Positions 21,408 to 29,248 of a stretch of 29,248 nt of DNA are shown here, piece by piece. The DNA lies in NCBI RefSeq assembly GCF_004010195.1, contig NC_057719.1, positions 75,376,597 through 75,405,844 of the forward strand, read 5' to 3'. Made by a program: the position numbers and the translations under genes. Every line of letters begins with the position of its first letter. The stretch's first letter is position 1. The notes under the pieces are model-generated. The model ran no database searches. It worked only from the letters and a program-made list of their open reading frames with translations, and was not told the DNA's origin. The DNA comes from Chiloscyllium plagiosum (taxonomy: Eukaryota).

Positions 21408-21775
21408 GGGTGGCACGGTGGCTCAGTGGTTAGCACTGCTATCACAGCGTCAGGGACCTGGGTTGATTCCAGCCTCTGGGCGACTGTCTGTGTGGAATTT
21501 GCACATTCTCCCCATGTCTGCGTGGGTTTGCTCCAGGTGCTGCGGTTTCCCCCCTCAACCCAAAGATATGCAGATGAGGTGGATTGGCCATGCTAAATTG
21601 CCCATAGTGTTCAGGGATGTGTGTAGGTTAGGTGCACTAGTCAGGGGTAAATGTAGAGTAATAGGTAGGGGAATGGATCTGGGTGGGTTACTGTTCGGAG
21701 GGTCAGTGTGGACTTGTTGGGCCAACTGGCCTGTTTCCACACTGCAGGTGTGGAATCTATGATTCTGTCTGTACA
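21408..21775 (+). mobile_element. HE1-type SINE, longer and more diverged variant
   Basis: Same head and central domain; extra internal segment (TTCAGGGATGTGTGTAGGTTAGGTGCACTAGTCAGG) and CTATGATTCT-type tail. Confidence 0.9.
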
Positions 21776-22675
21776 TGCAGTGCCTAATGAGTTTTGAATA
21801 GTTATCACAAATGTAAAGGAGCTTATTATTTGTCGCAACAATTTGTTGTGAGTTACGAATGTTGTGTATATTAATGTGAAATAAAGGTATTCCCTTTACT
21901 ATTTTAGCATCTTAAGTTTGAGGCCAAGATATGTTTTAATCACCTGTTGTGCCCAATATGCTGAATGAGTAATGACCTGAGCATGATATTGAACAGATCT
22001 GTAAGTGATAAAACTGACAAAAATCTCTCCATTATGAGACAATTGATGGAATGGGAAATGTCCACTTAGCTTCCCCTCACTACCTTTCACAGCAATGTTC
22101 CTATCCTATTGTAGTGGGATTTCCCAATATTTTGTAATCTTGAGACACTGCCAATAAGTGCTGCCATTGTGAGTCCATTCTTTCATGATGCCTGACAAAC
22201 AGTTTTGGGGATACGATATTCTCCACAGCGGTTTCTTGCTTTGAGTTCAACTGTGTAGACAGTTACATTTTGTTTCCCATTTATTTTAAGCATTGATTCT
22301 GTCAACGTTCTACAACTAATATTAAATATCCAGATAATTCAACTGTGTATCTAAGGCAGATTAATGTCCTTGTGTTTAACACAAATTGTATCGAGTGTTA
22401 TACTGTAAAGTGAGTATTTTGCACCTTTGCTTGTTATCTTTTATGGTGTAGACTGGTATGGAAGATCATGTACTATATATACTTGTCGACCCCTTATTTT
22501 TGGCCAAACAATTCTTGTATTTTCCATGTACCTCGTGTAAAAGTTGATCCTACTATATTGCATCATAAACCTCTTACAAAGGAAACTACACGTTCCTATT
22601 AACCGACTTAAACAAAATCGCATTCATTCATACTGGTAACTCTACTCATCACTCTTTGTTTATTATATTGCGTCT

Positions 22676-22836
22676 CATCTTTGGATTGTGGGAGGAAACC
22701 GGAGCACCCGGAGGAAACCCACACAGACATGGAGAGAATGTGCAAACTCATCAAAGACAATCGCCCAAGGCAGGAATCGAACCTGGATCCCTGGCGCTGT
22801 GAGGCAGCAGTGCTAACCACTGAGCCACCGTGCCAC
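22676..22836 (-). mobile_element. HE1-type SINE, 5' half only
   Basis: Reverse complement of the tRNA head and central domain; 3' part missing. Confidence 0.88.
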
Positions 22837-23479
22837 TGAACTTTGTTCACTATACATCCAAAAGTCAATATCGTTAAAAAGTTAATCATTTTAATTGTGC
22901 CATTATATCTGAATAAAAGTGAGATATATTAGCTGCATATATCTTTAATTCTTTGACAAATGTGTTAATATTGCTGAGGTTCCTTACATACGAGAGTAAA
23001 TGGGAGGGGAAAGGAAGAATTTGGCGGGAAAGTTCAACACGCTTACACATTCAGAATTTAATAAATGTTTCATTTTAAGTGTGCCATTATACCAGGCCAT
23101 GACGATGTTGAACACTGTGATTTTGCAGGATTTCACTGAATCTTTGACATGTTAAATTTTTGTACCAGTATATATAAATAAAATTTACTACCAGTAATTC
23201 GTTCTTGTTTCTCTTGCTTTGATCTGGTAATTCCCTTTACCGTAATTCATTGTGTTGTTCTTCTTTACCTGGGATTAGTTGAGTGATCAAATCGACTTCT
23301 GCTAATAATACGGTATTTTGAACTGCAGGATGAATTTCAGCCCCTCAAAACTAGGGCCTGTGTAATAGTCGAACCTATAAATTGAACTTTTAAAAATAGT
23401 CTAAAGAATTTGACTTTTACACGAGAATATGCAGTATTTTAGGACTGAGGCTGATGGATGGTTTCAGGCAGCCTTTTTT

Positions 23480-24050
23480 AATTTGCTCATGGGATGTGGG
23501 TGTTAACGAGCACAGCAATTTCTGGTTATCCATAATTCCCTTTGCAAAGGTAGTGGTGAGCTGCTCCCTTGAAATGCTACTGTCCATCTTGTATGTACTT
23601 AGTGTTGTTGGGAAACACATTTTAGTCTCAAGGCCCAGTGGTAGTGTATACAGTTCCAGTTCAAGATGATGTGTGGCTTCGAGGGCAACTTTCGTGTGGT
23701 GATGTTTCAGTGCATCTGTTGCCCTTGTCCTTTTAGATAGAAGAGATCATTGGTTTGGTGGGTGCTACTGATGCAGTCTTGGTGAGTTGTTGCAGTGCAT
23801 CCTGTAGATGGCACACAGTAGTCAACGTGTGCTTTAGTGGAGGGAGAAAAGAATGAAGAAAGGCTGCTTTATCCTGAATGGTGTCAAGCTGGAGGGGTGC
23901 AAGCGAGTAAAGTATTCCATCACAATCCTGCCTTGTGACCTGTGTATGGTGGACAGACTTTGGGGAGTCAGGCTGTGAGTTATATGCTTACAGAATTCCC
24001 AGTCCTTGACATGCTCTTGCATCCATAGTATTTATGTGACTCGTCCAATT
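23480..24050 (-). mobile_element. LINE 3' fragment (CR1/L2-group), decayed
   Basis: ORF 23834-24022 SLTPQSLSTIHRSQGRIVMEY resembles the LINE ORF2 'L..IYK..VR..MEY' motif. Confidence 0.7.
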
Positions 24051-24489
24051 TCTTGTCTCTATGTACTGTATCAGTATCTGAAGGAGTGTAAATGACACAG
24101 AATATTGTGTAGATTGCCAGAAATTTGCACATTGCTAAAAAAAGACTGACTTTCAGCTTGGTGTGGGAGAACGGGGATGTTTGTGCTTCTCTATAATTAC
24201 ACTGTTTCATGAACTAGTAACTTCAGGTGATCAATTTGTACAACTGTGCCCATGCTCAAAACTGTTTTTCTAGGGTGTACTAACATGGAATACAATTCAC
24301 TTTACAAGTTTAATTAGAAATGCTGTTCTTTTATCTCAATTCTTATTTATTTTCCTTCATTTTCCTCACGTGTAGCTTGAAAGCCATTTGCAGGGGATTG
24401 AAATCTGTAAATGTCACCAAAAGGAAATGAGAATTAAGCCAACACCGAAGGAAGTCACTTTGCCCATGGTGTGTCAACCATTTAAAAGA

Positions 24490-24800
24490 GCCATTCATTC
24501 CTATTTTAAAAGAGAATACATCTTTCAGGCAGCAAATTTCAGGTCATAGAAGCTCCTATGTGTTTTTCAAAGTTGTCTTTCTCTGTTGGAACCTCACCCT
24601 ACCACTTCTTTGCTAGTTATCTTAAATCTGTGTTCTATGATTACTGACCTCCTTGAGAATAGAAACTGTCTTACTCTGTGCCATCAAAATCCCTTCTTCA
24701 GTTTGAATGACACTGTGAAGTTTCCCCAAAATCGTCACTGCCCTAAAGATAACCACCCTAACTTCTCCAGTCTCTCTCCGTCACTGAAGACTCTTTTTGC
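24490..24800 (-). mobile_element. Old CR1 3' remnant
   Basis: Diverged similarity to the other minus-strand CR1 ends (TTTCAGGCAGCAAATTTCAG, ATCTTAAATCTGTG, CCCTAACTTCTCCAGTCTCTC). Confidence 0.55.
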
Positions 24801-24891
24801 AAATGCATTAACATGAGCTCTCAGACTCCCCCAGAGTATTTGTGTATTATTTAAGTTAGCAAAGTAAATTCTTTTATTTTTTGTTCCACAG

Positions 24892-24969
24892 CTGCTTATT
24901 ACTGGTGGATCCTTTGGCCTTCGTGAATTTACACAAGTTCGCTATGATGTTCAAAAAGTGAAGAGGAAG
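24892..24969 (+). CDS. COX16: COX16 coding exon 2 (LLITGGSFGLREFTQVRYDVQKVKRK)
   Basis: Polypyrimidine tract and CAG acceptor at 24889-24891, GTGAGC donor at 24970, 78 nt, phase 0-0; closely matches human COX16 LLIVGGSFGLREFSQIRYD (recalled). Confidence 0.96.
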
Positions 24970-25263
24970 GTGAGCAATAAAAGGTCCTCTATTTCAAAGC
25001 CTTGAACTGCTGCAATGCATAATAATCTGAGGCTTGCTTATTGATCAGCATTACTATCTGAAACTGATTGTACGCAACTCTGCAATTGCACTATTAAATC
25101 CGTAACATTGTAAACTAGCAAATGAAAATAATCTTTGAAGCAGTGTGATGCATTCTATCAGAAAGACTGAATGAGCTAGAAATTTCCTCTTCCTCCTAAT
25201 TTTGAGAGGCTGTACACTTTTTGGTAGTTATATAATGAATTGGAGCTGTAGGTATGTTACCAA

Positions 25264-25380
25264 GGATCTTTTGATGCAATGGTCATGTCTCACCTCTGGG
25301 CTATAAGGTACAACTTCAGCCCACATCTCGGAACATAAAAGTTTTGGAAGTGTGTCATAACACATCTATAAAGATTGACT
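25264..25380 (+). mobile_element. Old tRNA-SINE-like repeat related to 1209-1305
   Basis: CTTTTGATGCAATGGTCATGTCTCACCTCTGG versus CTTTTGTTGTGCAGTGGTAATGTCCCTATCTCTGG. Confidence 0.45.
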
Positions 25381-26104
25381 TTGTTTTTTTAAAAACGTGC
25401 ATTATATATATTCCTTTGCAATTTCTTCCTATGTGTTCTGAAGCTATCGATACTCTTGTGGTTCGTCTAGGTTGCTGTTTATGAAGTGTGAGCACTGGAC
25501 TGTCAAAGGCTATTGATCTGCAAAAGGAATTACAGCTGTACTTCATACACCATTTGTTGTCTGTTCACATGAATTATGTGTTTGGAGGCTGAATTTTCCT
25601 GCCAAAGACCCAGATTCCTTTGTAGCGGCATCAAAGCTGTCTTTTAAATTTTTGATAGTTTGTTCATTTTGCTTGTAAAAGGAAAAAGGGCCTTTTACTA
25701 ATTTGCGTTTTATTTTGGTTATGGATGAGTATGGGTGAGTAATAGTTTGGACAGGTTTATACGCTTTGCAGTTGCCTGATGAGGAGCAGAGTAGGTTCTT
25801 TTCTCAAAGCAGTATAGCTCATTATTTTCTTCCCATTGCATTTACAGTGAAGGCTTTGAAAGATTTTGGAAGATGGAATGAGGGAAGCTACTTAATATCA
25901 TCTTTTAGTGGAAGTAACCAGGGTTAGGCGCCATCTTAGAAATTCAAGTATACTGATAACTCCAAAATGGATCTTAAATTTAGTTCTCCTTCGTCAGATT
26001 TTAAAGTTAATTTTGTATCTTGACTTCCAATTTTTTTGAGAAAGCATGTAATTTTTTGCAGATTGCACATTCTGCTTTTAGGCAAAAAGCTATGTTTGTT
26101 CGCT

Positions 26105-26424
26105 GATTAGATTAGATTAGATTACTTTACAGTGTGGAAACAGGCCCTTCAGCCCAACAAGTCCACACCAACCCGCCGAAGCACAACCCACCCATGCCCC
26201 TACATTTACCCCTTACCTAACACTACGGACAATTTAGCATGGCCAATTCACCTGACCTGCACATCTTTGGACTGTGGGAGGAAACTGGAGCACCTGGAGG
26301 AAACCCACGCAGACACGGGGAGAATGTGTAAACTCCACACAGTCAGTCGCCTGAGGCGGGAATTGAACCCGGGTCTCTGGCGCTGTGAGGCAGCAGTGCC
26401 ATCCACTGTGCCACCGTGCTGCCC
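26105..26424 (-). mobile_element. HE1-type SINE, full length
   Basis: (GATTA)n tail then the reverse complement of the complete SINE; closest to the 4636 copy (shares GGCGACTGACTGTGTGG). Confidence 0.92.
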
Positions 26425-27564
26425 TGAAGTACATTTCAGAGGGTGCTTTTGAAAATTAGGTAATTCACCTTCTTGAACTCTAAACTGATCTCCAATCGTG
26501 GAAGGAGCAGATACCAGCTGAAAGTCATTGATGTGTCACAGTATTTGTGATCCTTTCAATTGCTGACTGGTTCAGAATGCTTGTACATAATGCCAGCAAT
26601 GTGATCTGGCTCACCTGCACTAGGATGTCTAGCTATACTTGTGACCCCTAAAGATTGCTACCCATTGACGGATGTTCTTCTTTCTGAATATCTCCTGAAA
26701 TCTAGTAATTTAATGCATTTTTGTTTCAGACTTTGTTTTATATACCTGCCGGGTGTGGGGAGGGGTGTCGGGGGGGAGTATTGTATTTCACCAAGGTAAT
26801 ATTTCTGTTCCCTACGTCAGCCAGCTTGTAGACGTTTTTATGACAATGCTGATTTAGTACCAATGTTTGCCAAATGTGTTCAGTTTTATGTTATGCATTA
26901 TTCCTCTCAGAAATGTGATGGCATTTGCTTTTTAGTAACGCTCATCTCAGCTGACTGGGTTGGAAAATTTAACTAAAGGCATAAATTGTTCTATTTCAGG
27001 TTTTTTTCCAAAATCCCATCAGATTTCAAAACCCGTACCATTATTTCTAGATTTTCTTCACTTTTTGTCGCATTTCATTCACATCCTGAGGGTAAACATT
27101 TGGGCTCTTGTGCGATTGATCTGCTTTTATGGAAGTGTTAGTGTGTTCCAGGTGCATTTGTGTGTTGCCATTGGGAATAGTTATATCCTTGAGACATTTT
27201 GACAGAAATACTATTTGAGTATAATTCCAATATCTTTCAATTGTTATGCATTTGATTTTTTGTTAGAACAGTGCAGAGCAGAAACCAGTGTGTTATTTGG
27301 GCCTTGTGTAACTTTTTCTTGTCACTCCCTTAGGTTTCATACTGCTGGCATAAAAATGAGGATTGTTTCAGTCAGTGGTTTGGTGTGTTCTGTTTCCCCT
27401 CTATATTCTCTTCGAAATCTCATTTTGTTACACAGTTTATTTTGATATTTTATAGCCTGTTAGTAGACTTTGCACTGAGGCTGCCCTGACAATTGCAACA
27501 CCTCATATGAATTTTGAAGATGCCTTCTAATACTCAAAACATTGCATTCAAACAGTTGAACCTT

Positions 27565-27885
27565 GATTAGATTAGATTAGATTACCTACAGTGTGGAAAC
27601 AGGCCCTTCGGCCCAACAAGTCCACAATGATCCTCTGAAGAGAACCCCCCCCCTTATATTTACCCCGACTAATCCACCTAACACTATGGGCAATTTAGCA
27701 TGGCCAATTCACCTAACCTGCACATCTTTGGACTGTGGGAGGAAACCGGAGCACCCAGAGGAAACCCACGCAGACACGGGGAGAACATGCAAACTCCACA
27801 CAGACAGTTGCCCGAGGCAGGAATTGAACCCGGGTCCCTGGCGCTGTGAGGCAGCAGTGCTAACCACTGAACCACCATGCTGCTC
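27565..27885 (-). mobile_element. HE1-type SINE, full length
   Basis: (GATTA)n tail, central domain and tRNA head in reverse complement. Confidence 0.92.
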
Positions 27886-28063
27886 ACTAATCAACAGGTG
27901 AATGTTGTAATTGGTGAATTGGCTACCCAATGCAGCAGGAAAAGCTACATTGGGGGATTTAATGTATTTCATTGCACTGGAAATCGTAGCTCCTTCATTT
28001 TTAGTATTTAAAGGGTTAACATTTTTATCAGCCACTTTAATATCTTGCTGTAATCACCTTGCA

Positions 28064-28195
28064 GGTTTATTAGCTCGGTTGGCGAAATGGCCAGAGTGTA
28101 GAGTAATGCCAACGACATCAATTCAAGTCTCATATCAACTGAATACGTTCTTGAGGGCGCCTTTGCCTTGTCCCATAATGATACCTTGGTCATGA
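28064..28195 (+). mobile_element. Possible ancient tRNA-derived SINE (third family)
   Basis: TTAGCTCGGTTGG A-box-like start and decayed AATTCAAGTCTC B-box-like motif; single copy in the window. Confidence 0.35.
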
Positions 28196-28941
28196 TTAGC
28201 AACCCTAAGACAGCAGAAACACTACATTAAGAGAAAAATCACTTTCTGCGTTCATTTAGGTCTTTAAATAAATTGTGATTTTTGTTCCATCATTCTACGT
28301 TTTGTTTTTACAAAATGCTCGCTGTGACAAGTTCAGGACTTCTGTTTTGTCTCTCACGTGCTCAAGCTGATTTCCCAACCTTGATGTTCAGTGAGCATGT
28401 GCATGGTTAATCAGGTCAGTCCTACTTGGCTTTGTTATTTATTCTGAACTGTCCAATTGCAGAGATTTTATGGAGTTAAAAATAAGTGATAGCATTGACA
28501 TGCAAGACCTCATTTGCACTCCTCTGTTATTTTTAATGCTCAAAACTGCAATCTGCTGCTGCAAAAGAACCAAGCACAAAATGCAAAGTTTTCAGATAAT
28601 TCGGAGCACTTTGAGTCAGCAGCAGATGGCTCATTGGCAAGATTTAAAACACAGATGTGGTAGAACAGCTGGAACAGAGAAATCTCTTTTAATGGCATTT
28701 TGCTGGTGGGGTGGGGAAGCTCTGCTGCAAGGCTGTTTGGAAGAAGTAGAAGAGTTTTTTTTCCCAACAAACTCCGTGCTGTGATATTGTGGGTCTGCTA
28801 GTTTCCCTGTCACACAGTATTCCATTATTGATCTAAAATAATTTGATAGATGATTTAAAAAGAAAAGACCCAGAGGCAACTGAAAAGGCATCTACCTTGC
28901 AGAATTAGCTGTAGTTGACATTGAGTAGCCAAACTTCTAAA

Positions 28942-29248
28942 AGATACGATCTGAGACGGGTACAGCTGAGAACAGAAGTGAGTCAAACAGTCAGGGAAGG
29001 CAGGGACAAGGTAGGACTAATAAATTAAACTGCATTTATTTCAATGCAAGGGGCCTAACAGGGAAGGCAGATGAACTCCGGGCACAGTTAGGAACATGGG
29101 ACTGGGATAGCATAGCAATTATGGAAACATGGCTCAGGGATGGGCAGGACTGGCAGCTTAATGTTCCAGGATACAAATGCTACAGGAAGGATAGAAAGGG
29201 AGGCATGAGAGGAGGGTGAGTGGCATTTTTGATAAGGGATAGAATTAC
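28942..29248 (+). mobile_element. CR1 LINE ORF2 5' end (APE endonuclease), runs off the window
   Basis: From 29025: LNCIYFNARGLTGKADELRAQLGTWDWDSIAIMETWLRDGQDWQLNVPGYKCYRKDRKGGMRGG*VAFLI. Confidence 0.92.

Noticed and set aside
24970..29248. COX16 exon 3 (expected DPELE-like peptide)
   Set aside because: No matching peptide with splice sites seen; ATGGATCTT at ~25968 hits a stop quickly and lacks an acceptor.
1..29248. CRISPR arrays, operons or prokaryotic defence systems
   Set aside because: The sequence is vertebrate intronic and intergenic DNA with no regularly spaced repeat-spacer structure.

Overview
Eukaryotic, repeat-dense vertebrate DNA, most likely a shark (the repeat families resemble cartilaginous-fish HE1/V-SINEs and CR1 LINEs; species cannot be fixed from the sequence). 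It holds the 5' half of one host gene on the + strand, COX16 (cytochrome c oxidase assembly factor): a CpG-rich promoter, coding exon 1 (7413-7463), a 17.4-kb intron and exon 2 (24892-24969). Later exons were not found in the window. Nearly all listed ORFs are decayed transposon fragments or chance ORFs. Repeats include five HE1-type tRNA SINEs, many CR1 and L2-like LINE pieces, a Ty3/Gypsy relic and several Penelope-like elements (PLEs). The most interesting signal is a set of at least seven minimal type-I hammerhead-ribozyme motifs in PLE terminal repeats, in three stem-II variants. One has a fully intact core (8073-8114, minus strand), and one sits in a ~127-bp non-coding unit with a perfect 14-bp target-site duplication. 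Also notable are a perfect 42-bp hairpin insertion, a 57/58-bp inverted repeat, a full-length CTCF-like site and inverted SINE pairs around exon 2. All family assignments come from recognising motifs by eye; no searches were run and repeat boundaries are approximate unless stated.
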